From positions 79,050,001-79,114,000 of the forward strand of contig NC_058371.1 of the NCBI RefSeq assembly GCF_018350175.1: a stretch of 64,000 bases of DNA. The letters are read 5' to 3'. Positions 34,891 to 48,296 of the stretch are shown piece by piece. How positions within the stretch are numbered: position 1 is the first letter of the stretch; each line of letters opens with the position of its first letter. The notes under the pieces were generated by a model. The model was not told where the DNA came from. It did no database searches and saw nothing but the letters and a program-made list of their open reading frames with translations. The translations under genes were made by a program, and so were the position numbers. This stretch comes from Felis catus (taxonomy: Eukaryota).

Positions 34891-35130
34891 GGGGCACCTG
34901 GGTGGCTCAGTCAATTAAGTATCCAGCTCTTGGTTTCAGCTCAGGTCATGATCTCAGAGTTTGTGAGTTCAAGCCCCACCTTGTTAGCATAGGGCCTTGC
35001 TTGGGATTCTCTCTCTCCCTCTCTCACTGCCCCTCCCCACCTTGTGCTCACTGCCCCCACCCCCATCTCCTTCTCTCGCTCTCTCTCTGAAAACAAATAA
35101 ATAACATTTTTAAAATAAATTTAAAAAAAG
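34891..35130 (+). mobile_element. Can-SINE, sense
   Basis: ggggcacctgggtggctcagtcaattaagtatccagctcttggtttcagctcaggtc; A-rich tail. Confidence 0.9.
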
Positions 35131-35931
35131 AAGGACAATATAAATGAATATCCTGACCACTTCCCCTAAAGTGAAATTTAAATCCCTTAATTGTTTAGCT
35201 AAAAAAAAATGATTAACAAAGACTTGGATTTCATGAGTCATTAATAAATATGGAGAATACCTACAGTATGCAAAGCACCACCATGGCTGTTGTAAGGACA
35301 GAGTTTCCATTCTCTGGAATATTTTATGGTGTGGTTTGTGAATTAAGACCTAGACATATGTGTAGTGGCCCAACAGGACGAAGACCACATGACAAGTGAC
35401 AAGTTTTATTTAAGAGGGGTGTTCCTGGGTGCTCCAGGAGTTTAAAGTGAAGGTGATTCTCTTGGGCTGAAGTGATCAAAGAAAGCTGCCTAGTGGGATT
35501 GTATAATTTTAAAACTGGAGTCGGCCTCCAAAGGAGGGTGAGAATTTGGATGGGCACAGTGAAGACAATGCTTTACGGTCCACAGGTGAGGAACTGTACC
35601 TGAGCAGGAAAGGGGGTGCGTCTCTGACGTTCACAGCTGAAGTTCTCCAACTGCTCATAGGTCAGGAAGGGCTGCAGACTCACACTTCAGAATGGAGGGG
35701 GCTCTTTCCCACTCTCCTTTTCTTCTCGTTAGTTCTGATTTCCCAAATCTCCTTCCCTCCACAGCTTTTTGTTTTTGTGTGTCTTGTCTCGTCCCTCCAC
35801 TTCTGCGTGACCGTTGCTTCTTCCAATTTTTCTCTTCCTCTTTTTCTCCTCTGTGTTCGTCCCCCTGTGGCTCTCCAGCCCTTCACTGCCTCTCATCTAT
35901 CAAATAAAAATATTACATCCCAATGTCAGCT

Positions 35932-36360
35932 TAGTTTTTAAGTTGAGACATAATTGACATGTAACATTGTATTAGTTTCAGTGTACAACGTGATTTGATA
36001 TTTGCACATATTGCAAACGATCACCACAGTAAGTCTAGTTAACATCTGTCACCATAGTTAATGAAGGTTTTTTTCTTGTGATGAGAACTTTTTTTTAATT
36101 TTCTTTAATGTTTTATTTATTTTTGAGAGAGAGAGCATGAGTGGGGGTGGGGCAGAGAGAGAGAGGGAGACACAGAATGTGAAGCAGGCTCCAGGCCCTG
36201 AGCTGTCAGCACAGAGCATGATGTAGAGCTTGAACCCACAAACCCTGAGATCATGACCTGAGCTGAAGTCAGACACTTAACCGACTGAGCCAGCCATCCA
36301 GACACCCCATCTTGTGATGAGAATTTTTAAGATCTACCTTCTGAGCAACTTTCAAGTTCT
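35932..36360 (-). mobile_element. L1 3' end (L1MA9/L1_Carn-like) split by a SINE
   Basis: gacataattgacatgtaacattgtattagtttcagtgtacaac...gtaagtctagttaacatctgtcacca...ttcttgtgatgagaa...ttttaagatctac. Confidence 0.85.
36089..36308 (-). mobile_element. Can-SINE inside L1
   Basis: TSD tcttgtgatgagaa at 36074-36087 and 36310-36323. Confidence 0.94.
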
Positions 36361-39300
36361 GAAACGAGATGTGTTCAGGTTTTCATACACCTTTGCAGGG
36401 GGAAGAAAAACAGAAAGAACAAAGTTGCTGTTTCACTTCATTATGACCTTTCTTGCTCTCTTCTTTGGAGTGGTAACCCAAAATGGGAAGCTTTTTCACT
36501 CACGTTCCACCCATCTTGGTCTTGGTCTTAGTCTTAAAATCATTGAAATTGTTCCAGAAGCTACTCGAAGAAGTGACTTTGCTTTTCTGATTTTTATTAC
36601 ATTTTATATCCTTCCTGACCACTGTCCTTTGTACTTGTTGCAGAAAAACACTGCTGTCAACTGGCTGCGCGGCCCCACCCCCAGCCCTTTATGCTGAGCA
36701 GTAGTGAGGGAGGGGTTCGAATCACAGTCTCTTTCCAGGTTGTGAGGCCCAGTGTCTGGCTGGGAATGGGGTCCTGCCTGCTTTTGAAGCATCGGCCTCT
36801 ACCCTCCATGCTTCTGGTAGATGAACCCAAAAACTCCCCCCAAAATCATTTGTTTGTCATTAAAGACTGCATGGCCATTTTGTTCTGATTAGAGAATGTT
36901 CGGAAGTTCATAGAATTTCAGAGTATAAGGGAAGGTTAGGAACATCAGCTGTACTCAGCTATCTTGACTAGCAGTTTTCTGCAAGTGGGTAAAGAAGATG
37001 AGAAACATTTAGGCTGTGCTTTGAATAAGTGTTGTGTTCGTGTCACTTCATGCACATGTGTAGTATGGTTTCAGTGTTGCTGTTTTACAGAGGAAACAGA
37101 TGTCACTACGGGTATAGTGGCCTGGTCGTGTTATACTCACTTCACCCAGTCATGAATGATGCAGTTGTTCATAATGTCCTGAACAAAATCTGCTTTGTGA
37201 CAGATGTTCAGAATAATAAGAAAGGACACGTGGCTAACGTCTAATAAATTAATTGAGTTGAACATCATCTTTTTTTATTAGTATTTAGGCAGATGACTTA
37301 CCAGCCTTTAGAATGATTCAAACTCAAAAACAAAAAAACCTTTCTTCCAAAACCATGGCACCCGAAAACATTTTCTAGGACCCAGTTTGATTACTGAATT
37401 GAGTAGTGTCTGTGATAACAGTCTCTGGGGGTTCGGCTGTTTTCTTCTTGCACAGGGAGACTTTGCAGGTAGAAGGAGGAGTCCGCGGTCCTGTCATGCG
37501 AGCACAGTTGCTTTCTGCCTTCTGCAGCCCCAGTCTCACCATGCGCGCACTGGCGGGCACCTCTGTGTGAGCCACACTCTGCCATTACCTTGGAAGCCTA
37601 ACTGAATACCTGGGCTTTATCGGAGTAAATGTCCTTCCTTATAACCTGGGCCAGGTCTGTGGCTAGAATAATGTGACTCTGGCTTCAAGAAGACCATGAC
37701 TCCATAAGTTGCGATTTAATACAAATCTTTTATTGTACTAGGAAAAGTGCTTTGCTGTCACCCTTTACCCACACAATAGTCTAGCCACACTCCTGAATTC
37801 AGCAATGAACTTTGTTGACATTCTTGAAATTCAGTGGTTATCAAGGAGGAATCTAGCCTTTTTACGGCTCCTTTTCACAAGTGAGGAAACTGTGGTCGTT
37901 TATTGAAAGTAAGCCATGTCTTTAAGTCTATACCTAAAGTGTCCCGGTTTGAGGCAGTAATAGCTCACTGAAGGTTTTCTGTCTTCTGTTGGAACATCTG
38001 TGGTCTGCCTATCATTAAATCTGCAGAAATTTAGTGTTAAAGTCTACATCCTACAAAAATGAGACTTTGATAATTTAAAAAAAAATCCTTTACCAGAGAA
38101 TATTGGTTTTTTGTATCCTTTCTATGTGTCGAGCAATTGAGGTGTTAAATCTTAACATGGTTTGCATTTTATTAAGTGCTCATGAGGTTCTAAGCATGCT
38201 ATTGGGTATTTTAACCTTAATATAGCAGGTAAGAGGAAATTTTCACAGTGGGTTATAGCTTCCTGTTTTCTTTCCTGTACCACAAATATGTGTCCTTGTA
38301 CCAAAAGAAATTGTGCTATGTAAGTATTTTAAAACCTAAGGTACAAAAGAGTGTTTTACAAAAAACTGTACCTAAAATATATGGTGAAAAGAATTTTTTT
38401 TCATGATTTCTAGGACTGTCAGTGGCAAATTATGGTCATGTAGCCAAGCCCTTTCTCAGTTTTTAGATTGTCAAATATGATTTGATCTGTGTAACATCTA
38501 CTGAAGTCAGTGGCCATTTGTGATGCTTAGGTTCAAGGGTACTTCTAGAAAAACACATCCCTTCTGGAACGTCACTTAAGGTGACAAACAAAACACTGAG
38601 TTAGCTTTTAACTCTTACTAGAGTTGGCCATGTACAATTAATAGAGAATTGATGAATGTCATAAAGACCACTGGGATACCACTCTCTGGCTCATTAGTCC
38701 AGAAAAGCAACATTTTCCAGCAATTCCTAGACCAAAGTGACTAAGTTCTGCCCTGGCTGTAAATAAATGACATAAATACTATAACAGACATCAGAACTGC
38801 AGCTAGCCTAATGGTCCTTTTATGGATACATCTTGTTCATCGGTTAAGGAAAAATCTGGTAAGACTATGAAAAAAAATGTATATCATACACTGGAATAAT
38901 TTGGATCTTCAAATTGAGTTCATTTTTATTTTAATTAAGGGGAGGGAACCTGTTTCTGCATGTTATTTTTTAGGGAAATAACAAGCCTAAGACAGGGACC
39001 ATCTGTTAACACTGACCACTTAACACGATGTTACATTTATTTGGACATAATAGTGTGGTCTGCAGCATCAGATGTAAGGTCTGGTCTTTCAGATTGGCTG
39101 TGATTGTGCGTGCACCACACCACTGAAATTATTTCACTCTCTGTGTAAGACTGACAGTATTACAATGTAATACACACACACACACATTCCTAGGGGCAAC
39201 TTATAGAAGTAAGAGCAATGTTAGCAAACTTGCTTGTGAAGTCTTGAGGCTCCAGACTGAGGCCCTGAATGAGCCTTGCTGGGTGTTGTTGGTATCTATA

Positions 39301-40136
39301 TTTTACGAGCAACTCACAGTGTGTGAAATCCATTGGATTTACCTGTTCTCAGTGGCTACCAGATATTTATTTAGCACTGGTGTAATTTGGGATCTACACA
39401 CATACAAAAATCAACCACAGATGATTATCCAGGAGAACACGCGCCTTCGAAGTGATGAGAGTTGCCTGTTGCTTAATCCATGGGCTAACGTGAAAAGTTT
39501 CTTTTTGTAGCTCCTTACTAAATAAAGTGATGTTTGACACCCCTGAAAGGTATTTAGGTGACCAGGGTACACTTTAGTGCAATATTGCTAAAGAATTGTA
39601 AGTTAAAAAATGTCACTGTACCTTTCATAGACTCCTGTAGTTGAAAGAGCTGGGGACCTTTTATGCTTTGGCATTTATAAAATCAGCCAATGTGAAGGGA
39701 TTATGTTTATTAAATGTAAATTCTTGGAAAGAGAAAAGAGTGATAAAGGTAGTTGTATTTTCCCTTCTCCCTCAGGGTACCAGAACTACAACAGACAGAC
39801 CTTTGAGGAAGTGTTTCTGACTGACTTTCTGAAATTATGGTTTATTAAAGAATTTTTACTCTTACTGCTTTTAAAAAACATTTAGCACAGCCTGCAGTAA
39901 AAGTACATACAGTAAGACTAAAAATCCATCAAGACACAAAAAGGTGAAAGGCAAGTAGCAGAAACCGAGAAGAAAAGAGATTATTTTGTATATTATAAAA
40001 GAAGAAGAATGAATGAAAAGCCCGAACCCTAAGAGAAGCTACATAATTAATGCACATCCTAGTTTCTTAATCTCAATCAAAGTACAGCAGATAGGATCAT
40101 GGGCTGCAGAGAAGCCTTTTTGTTTCTAATAGAAAT

Positions 40137-40594
40137 ATTTTCAATTGTGATAAAAATACTCATAACATAAAATTTACCAACATAACCCTTTTTAACTCTA
40201 TAGTTCACTAGTGTTAAGTATATTCACACATTAGGTAAATAAGTCCTCGTTCCTTCCTTCCTCCAGCCCCTGGGAATAGCCGTTCTACGTTCAGTTCCTA
40301 TGAGTTTGACTGCTCCACATACCTTATATGAGTGGAATCACACAGTATTTGACTTTTTGTGACTGGCTTATTTACCTAACAATATCATCGAGGTTCATTC
40401 ATGTTGTAGCATCTGTCAGAATATCCTTCCTTTTTAAGGCCGAATAATATTCCATTATATGAAAATAGCACATTCTGTTCACCCATTCATCTGTCTAGGG
40501 ACACTTGGACCACTTCCACATTTTGGGTATTACGAATAATGCTGCTGTGAACACGGGTGTACAAATGTCTCTTTCAGACCTTGCTTTAAATTTC
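40137..40594 (-). mobile_element. L1MB-like 3' region
   Basis: cataacataaaatttacc...gagtggaatcacacagtatttg...ggttcattcatgttgtagcatctgtcagaat...gaataatgctgctgtgaaca. Confidence 0.85.
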
Positions 40595-42244
40595 TGCAAA
40601 GATTCTTTAAGTAGAAGTTAGCTTGTGTTCTGTCTGTAGATAGCCACAGCATGAGAAGTCACAGGAGACATTCGGGCTAATACTTAGAGCTCCTGAATTC
40701 TGCAGATGCCCATAGTTTGGAATGTTTTGTAGCTTGGGCTTATCAAATATTTACCTGTAACAGAACAGAAGATAAATATGATTCCAGGATTGCATTTAGT
40801 TTGGGTCAATAATTTCCCAAATCAGCTGCCTCCAGATAGACCTCCAGATAACTGAATGACTAAGCTTTTCATATACTTTTTTAGTAGTGTCTTGGTAAAC
40901 CGATACTTGAATACCAAAACAAGAGTGTTCCTTAATGGCCAGTGGCCAATAGGTTCAAAGGACTATCCTCATAATGTAAAATAAGGCAATACTGTTAACA
41001 TAATAATGGCAAGAAGGCATGGGTCCCATAGACACAAAAGTTGTTCCGATTATTTACTAAAGTAAAAGCAGGAACTGGCATATGAATCATTTAAATTGTG
41101 AATGTCTTTAATACTCTGATTATAATGGGACTTTTTCTAATTCCCACTGTTATCATGAAAGTAAATTCCATTTGCAACCTCAAATTCTCTCAAAAAGCCA
41201 GGAAAAAAATATTTTCTAACTCTTGAATTATTCACTTTTGTTCCAAGTTATTAATCAGGTTTGGAGACATTAGATTATTTTAATATTTTAAAACTATTTC
41301 CAAATGACCTTATGATTTTATGGACGTTCTAAGAGAGAACCAGATGAAGTTATAGCTCTGAATAAAATTGGTTTCTTAGTTTGAGAAAATTACAAGTTTG
41401 CAAAACTATTGAAATACTTCTTTTATCTTTTTGAAGTGTTTTTTAAAAAATATTTTAGAACTATTATTCTTGTAGATTTTATCCCAAGGTCTTTGGAATC
41501 GGAACAGGGTCTCTATGGCCATTTTGGTTATTGTATTTATTTATCCAAAAATAGAGTTCATTCTGTTCTGCAAATGAGATGTTTATAAACGGATGACATG
41601 TGCCCACTGTGTAGAAGGCTGTCAGTTATTCAGTCCTGACATTCACTTTAATACAAGGATGTTGCCGACTTCAGTAATCTCTTACTGCCTTTGTATTGGT
41701 TCAGTGTTCAAGGGTGACTTTTGCATTTACTTTTATGTTTTAGGAGCATTATACAAATTTTGTCTTTTCCCCAAAGTTGCTCATATATTTTTACATTACT
41801 GAAATGAGGTAAGATTATAAAATGAATAAAAGCACGTAGCAAAGAGTACTTCTGTGAAGTAATATTGTAAAATTAATACCAGTATCGTGCCAAAAAGATT
41901 GTCCTTGTTTCAGCTTCTGTGGATGTACATTTCTGTGCATTTAATCTAATTGTGCAAAAATGATGTGCTGTAAAATGTGTTTTCAAGATGGCCTATTTTC
42001 TTGAGATTTCAAGCTATATTGAGTACCTTGTACTCTTCATTTGGAGAACTCAATTTCATGCAGTGGAAACAGCAGCGGCATTTGTAAACACAAAATCTTC
42101 CCACATAATGGAGGGCAAAGGGTAAACAAATGAGCGTATGTAATAACAAAACATATGAGGTACCAAATATCTCTTCATAGTTGTGAAGAGATGCTCTGGA
42201 GAAAACAGCTAAAAACTGTTGGGCCACTGGCAAGTGCAGAGAGA

Positions 42245-42415
42245 GATAAACGGCCTGAGTTTGAGATGGAAAACCTGGGGTTGGCTCCGGGCTGCATCGT
42301 GTACCTGCATTTCCTTATCATGAGCATGAGGATCATTCGTCACAGGGCATCGTGGGAATTGACAAGAATAAGTTTAGCCTTGGTATACAGTAGGCAGCCC
42401 ATGCATGACAGCTAC
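42245..42415 (+). mobile_element. MIR fragment
   Basis: aacctggggttggctccggg...tttccttatcatgagcatgaggat...tggtatacagtaggc. Confidence 0.5.
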
Positions 42416-42917
42416 GAAGACCACGGAGGTTATTCAGGTAATAATAATACCTCAAGAAGGAGTTAAGGAGCTGCTGTTCAGACTGAAAGGGCAAAAAAAT
42501 AAAAATAAATGCTTTCTTTAGGTGTGCACACATTGATCTTCTAATCTGTCTTCTGGTAGAATCTGAGGTCTCTCTTTACCCTTAAATCTGAGCAGGGATG
42601 TTCTGTCAACACATCTGAGAACAGAAGCACTTGAACACGGAGGTGTTTAGTCCTCATGTTCTTCTCCAGGCACGTTCCTTTCACCTCCCTGAAAATCGGC
42701 ACTCTCTCTGGTTTTTCTGCATTATCAACCTACATGTAGAAATAATCATGATAATGCAATATTATTTTCCTATAAAGTCATTTTAAAAATTTGATTATTG
42801 CTTGGTTTGCTTTAGGCAAAATGATCTTGGGTCTCTCAGAAAGCATTTTGTTTTCTTATACCAAAAAAACAAAAGAATATAAGAGTTGTACAGTACTTTA
42901 TAATTTAAGAATTTCCA

Positions 42918-43143
42918 GGGGCACTAGGGTGGCTCAGTCGGTTCAGTGTCTGACCTCGGCTCAGGTTGTGATCTCACAGTTTGTGGGTTTGAGCCCTGCA
43001 TCAGGCTCTGTGCTGACAGCTCACAGCCTGGAGCCTGCTTCGGGTTCTGTGTCTCCGTCCCTCTCTCTGCCCTTCCCCACTCATGCTCTCTCTCTCTCTC
43101 TCTTTCTCTCTCAAAAATTAATAAAAATTTTTAAAAGGTTAAA
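42918..43143 (+). mobile_element. Can-SINE, sense
   Basis: Imperfect TSD aagaatttcca / aagaattccca. Confidence 0.92.
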
Positions 43144-43845
43144 AAAGAATTCCCATATAATTGATTCCTACATTTCTGCAAGGTTGAAATTGTTATTAGT
43201 ATCCCAGTTTGACATGCAGTAAGTCTGGGTCTCAGAAACAGAACCATCGCAGACTCACAAAGCCGGCACCCGGAAGGGCTCATGGGCTGCACATCTCCTG
43301 ACCCTCCTGAGATGAAGCCAAGGATGGCTGTGCTGTCTCCAACACAAGGTGGCCTGAGGAATCAAATGCGTAGAGTCTGCTTTTTAACTTGTATAGTGTC
43401 AAATGCATGTTGTGCTGTATTCCATGGATATCCTGATTTGTAATCCACTCCACCCCATTGTACAACCTAAATCTCTCCTCTTTCTTTTTTAGAAAGTTTT
43501 GAAGAACTTCACAAATGCCATATCTATCTTACTAGATATTTGATCTTCCCTTGTGTAAGTTTTCAGTATCATCTTGCTCTAATAGCATCATCATATGCAA
43601 ATCTTCATTTGGCTGTCTTCACTTTTTTTCTTTCCTTCTCTCTCTCATTCATTCATAGAACATACATTGAGCAAAGATTGACACATGACACTTGGCTCTC
43701 ATATTCTATTTAATATTCAGAAAGGTTAGCCAGACATGGATCCTGCCTTTAAGAATCATAATCATCCTAATGGGGGAACTGAATTGAGCCTTTTTTTTTT
43801 CTCTAAGCACATAGAAATTCTGCATTTAAAAAAGAAAGTCTTAGA

Positions 43846-44070
43846 GGGGCGCCTGGGTAGCTCAGTCAGTTGAACATCTCACTTCAGCTCAGGTCATGAT
43901 CTCGCAGTTCGTGAGTTCGAGCCCTGCGTCGGGCTCCGTGCTGACAGCTCGGAGCCTGGAGCCTGCTTTGGATTCTGTGTCCCCCCCCCCCCCCCCGCCC
44001 CACCCCTGCTTGTGCTCTGTCTCTCTCTGTCTTCCAAAAATGAATAAACATTCAAAAAATTTTTTTAAGT
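43846..44070 (+). mobile_element. Can-SINE (SINEC_Fc-like), sense, with internal C16 run
   Basis: Perfect 18-bp TSD aaaaaagaaagtcttaga at 43828-43845 and 44071-44088. Confidence 0.96.
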
Positions 44071-45358
44071 AAAAAAGAAAGTCTTAGATATATAGGCAAG
44101 CTTAAAAGGGGGAACAAACAGGTGCGAGAAGAGGGAATTCACAGCCCGAGTGGTTTAACTTGGACCCAAAGCTATAGTTGGCGCACAGACTAGTGGATGT
44201 AGATGAATGCTTCCGACGGGGGGGTGGATATTAGGACACGAACAGGAGACAAGAACATAGACTCTGGCAAGGCCGGGGCCTAAAGTGGAGGCTCTTGTAT
44301 AAAGCCACAGCTCTGCAAAGATTTCACTGTCTACTAATAAGGACAGTAAAACTCAACACACCAGCCAGCCAGCCCAGGGACATGGCAGGGAAGCTGAAAG
44401 ACATAAGAAACACAAGCCTGTATCACATCAAATGTGGAGTCTAAATTTAAACTACACAAGTCTTGAAAAGAGCATGTAAGCTAAGACCTTAGCATAAAAG
44501 CTGGTCCAAAACAAGTGAAATGTTTATACCCCCAACAGTTATAAATGCTGAAACTTCCCTCAGAGTCCCTTCCACAAGGCAATGCCCTGAGGATTCACCC
44601 AGGCCAGAACAGTGCTCAGACATGCATATTAGCATCCCAGAAAATTGAGCACCACCACCAAAAAATCTGAAGGCAACTAGGAAACACACATGTTAAAAGT
44701 ATTCAGGGATGTAGTAAGTAAAGGTGTAATTTAGGGAAAGAATATATAATAACCACAAAGTAAGAAGTACCTTATGGAAAATAACAGACGTTTGAGGAAG
44801 AACTAAGTAGTTATTTCTAGGCATCTAGACATGAAAAATGTTGTCATTAAAACACTGTAGACATTAAACGTATCAGACACACAAAAAATATGTATAGTTA
44901 GAAAGTGAATCTGAGAAAATTGCCTAGTTACAGTCCAGAGAGATAAAAAGATAGAAATATGAGAGGGAGGTTGATATGGAAGACATAATGAGAAGATCCA
45001 AGGCCCTGCGAATAGGAGTCCAAAGAGAAAAAGTAACAGGAAAGGGATAGGGGTGATACTTGAAGAAACAACGTAGAAGGACATTTTGGAACTGAAGAAA
45101 TACCTACATCTTCAAATCAAATAAGCATATTGAATCCTGAGCAGGACTTAGGTCCTTCATAATGAAACTGCAGGCATCAAATAAATGGAGTTTTTGGTAA
45201 GTTACCAGAGAGAAAATGGAGGCTACCTGCCTTAGAATGACAACTAGCCTAACAAGAAATCTCCCCAAAGCAGCTGCTATTGAGGCCCAGCTACAGTGGA
45301 ATACTGTCTTCAGAATATTGAACAAAAGTATCAAGCTGGAAAATCTCTAACTTTTTAA

Positions 45359-45564
45359 TTTTTTTTAACATTTATTTCTTATTGAGAGACAGACACAGAG
45401 CGTGAGCAGAGGAGGGGCAGAGAGAGAGGGAGACACAATCCGAAGCAGGCTCCAGGGTCTGAGCCGTCAGCACAGAGCCCCACAAGGGGCTCAAACTCAC
45501 AAACCGGGAGATCATGACCTGAGCTGAAGTCAGATGCTTAACTGACTGAGCCACCCAGGTGCCC
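45359..45564 (-). mobile_element. Can-SINE inside L1 ORF1 remnant
   Basis: Perfect TSD ctctaactttttaa at 45345-45358 and 45565-45578. Confidence 0.95.
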
Positions 45565-46012
45565 CTCTAACTTTTTAAAGAATGAAGGTAAAATAAAGGC
45601 ATTTTCAGACAAATCAAGACTGAAAGACTTGAACTTTCAGTGATTGACCGCTGTTGAAAGAATTATGAGAAAATATTCTTTAATATGTAAGAAATCGAAC
45701 CCAGAAGGATGAAGTACAGGGGACAATGGGGACCAAAGAAACACATCAAAATGAGACAGACGGGCATGTGGGTGTGAAGAGAGATGGGCTGATTTCAGGG
45801 GAGATGTGAAAAACGGTGTAATGTAAATTCTAAAGAGCAGTAACATGGAGGACTAGAAGCAGTAGACCAAAGGTATTCTACTTGTTTGTGTGTTTCTCAT
45901 GGAAAAGCTATGGATTAACTTTCAATTTTTAAGTATACAAATTCACAACATGATAATTAAAGAGAAAAATAAAATGTGTACCTTCTGAATCCATTCCTGG
46001 AGCACAGGGGGA

Positions 46013-46224
46013 TTTTTTTTTTAATGTTTATTTTTGATCGAGAGCACAAGGTTGTGGGGGGGAGGGCAGAGAGAAAGGGAGACACAGAATCCGAAGCAGG
46101 CCCCACACTGCGAGCTGTCAGCACAGAGCCTGTCCCGTCCAGGGCTTGAACCCACGAGCTGTGAAATCATGACCTGAGGTGAAATCCAAATAACCGCTTA
46201 ACCAACTGAGCCACCCAGGCACCC
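46013..46224 (-). mobile_element. Can-SINE, antisense
   Basis: TSD gca(c/a)agggggattttt on both sides. Confidence 0.9.
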
Positions 46225-47427
46225 TGCAAAGGGGGATTTTTTTTTTTTTAAGCCGGATCAATTCAGTAAAAGGAAGGAAAGTGGCAAGAAAGAGGGAAAA
46301 GAGGAAAGTTAGAGTGATAGAAAAAAAAATCGTAAAACATCAGTAACCTTGATAAAGGAAAACAGATTAAACTGAGTTGTTAAAATACACAGACTCTCAG
46401 ATTTTTTAAATCCTTTTTTTTGTTGTTGTTGTTGCTGTTGGTAAGAGACATGTGAAATATAATTAGGGTCTACCAGGGAAATTCTAAAGAGAGAGCAGAA
46501 GAAAATAAGAGACAGGAAAGGAGAAAGGAAGAAACAAAATTAATATCAGAAAAAAAATTTAAGGCAAAAAAAAAAATACTAAGAATAAAGGTAGTGTTGC
46601 TTAGTGATAGAAGGGGAAAAAGCTTAACAGTAACATGGATAAAGATATGGAGAGACACATCACCAAACAAGAAACCCAAATGGCCAAAAAGCATTTGAAA
46701 AATGTTCAGCGGACTGGTGTTAATGGGAATGCAAGTAAAAGCACCAATGGGACTATCCTTTCAACCCCCATCAGTTGGCAACAAATTTTAAATTAGATAA
46801 TGAAAAGTATTGCCAGGGATGTGGAATAAAAGGAAATTCTTATCTCTTACTGGTTGGAATGGAAGCAGCAGATGTGTGCTGGTCTGTGACTCAGCAATTC
46901 TGCTGTCATTGTGCATCTTAGATTAATGCACAAGGTATACCTTTGGGCATCATTCGTGATAGTGATAAAGAGGAAACAACCCAAGTGGCCATTGGCAGTG
47001 GGATGTATAAGTAAATTGTAATATATTCAAACAAACAAAACTTGCACCAGTGTCAATGAATTAAATTACAGTTACCTGTATTAAAATAGATGCATCTCAG
47101 AATTACAACATTCAATGAAAATAAGTTGCAGAAGAATGTGTATATCTCATCTCAAATTTACATAAAACAAATCAGGTACTGTATGCTGTTTTTACAGATA
47201 CATACATGTGGTAGTAAAATATGCACATCTGAGAGGAAACAGTAGATCCCCCAACGTGCGCGAGTGCCCTTCTTGAAGGAAGATGAATGGGAACCAGAAG
47301 GAAGACAGAGCAGGCTGTAACTCTGCCATGTTTAATTTTTAAAGATCTGAAGTAAATATGACAAAAAAACATTAGCATTTATTTACATTGTTAGTTCTGG
47401 ATAGTGGATGCCTAGGCTCCTGCTATT

Positions 47428-47482
47428 TGTGTGTGTGTCTGTGTGTGTGTGTGTGTGTGTGTGTCTGTGTGTGTGTGTGTGT
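47428..47482. repeat. Interrupted (TG)n microsatellite
   Basis: Direct reading. Confidence 0.95.
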
Positions 47483-48069
47483 TTGAAACATCTATTTAAT
47501 TAAGAATATCTTCCAGCTTCTGGGAGACAAAAGACATATAATAATAATGGAGAGAAAATGTTCTGTGTTCCATTTTGGGTTCTGTGCAGGTGGCTTTCAG
47601 AGTTGAGATCAAAGGGTTTCTGCCAGTGAGGGGAACCCAGGAATGCATCCTGGGAGCTGTATCGCAATGTTGCTGTCCCACAGACTCCTACCTGCCATCA
47701 GTCACCCTTGGAAATCTATCAGCCATCATTGACCTTTTTTTTCTGTTTCTTTGGCCTTTGTCAAGTCTGTTCCCATTTTTCACTAATAGTCTCTTTTTCT
47801 GTTATTAAGTTCTGGTCATCATAAAGCAATAGTTACCCAGGCCCTCCCAAAAGATTTATGACTTTGAGAAAGAAAAATCTTAAAAATGAACTGATGCTTT
47901 GCTTACTTCTCATGGAAAGGGACAATGGTGACTTCTGTTGTTACATAATGTAGATGTTTAGGGAAACATTTGGATTTGGTGGAGGGAGAAGATTGGTTGT
48001 TTTCATGAAAATGTGCATATATTGCCCCAAACCCTCATCTTGCTTTTTGCCTTTATCAGAAAGATTCTA

Positions 48070-48296
48070 GGGGCTCCTGGGTGGCGCAGTCGGTTAAGCG
48101 TCCGACTTCAGCCAGGTCACGATCTCGCGGTCCGTGAGTTCGAGCCCCGCGTCGGGCTCTGGGCTGATGGCTCGGAGCCTGGAGCCTGTTTCCGATTCTG
48201 TGTCTCCCTCTCTCTCTGCCCCTCCCCCGTTCATGCTCTGTCTCTCTCTGTCCCAAAAATAAATAAAAAACATTGAAAAAAAAATTAAAAAAAAAA
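48070..48296 (+). mobile_element. Young SINEC_Fc, sense, about 560 nt upstream of exon 7
   Basis: CpGs intact; TSD aaagattcta at 48060-48069 and 48297-48306; long A tail. Confidence 0.97.

Larger units (their letters stand above)
44250..47495 (+). mobile_element. Ancient L1M/L1ME-like element: 5' region, ORF1 remnant, ORF2 start, ORF2 C-terminus and 3' UTR; most of ORF2 absent
   Basis: ORF1-like aatgagaagatccaa...aataggagtcc...ataatgaaactgcag...cagtggaatactgtcttcag; ORF2 C-terminal aaagatatggagagacacatcacc...aaatggccaaaaagcatttgaaaaatgttca; L1ME-type end aaagatctgaagtaaatatg. Confidence 0.7.
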
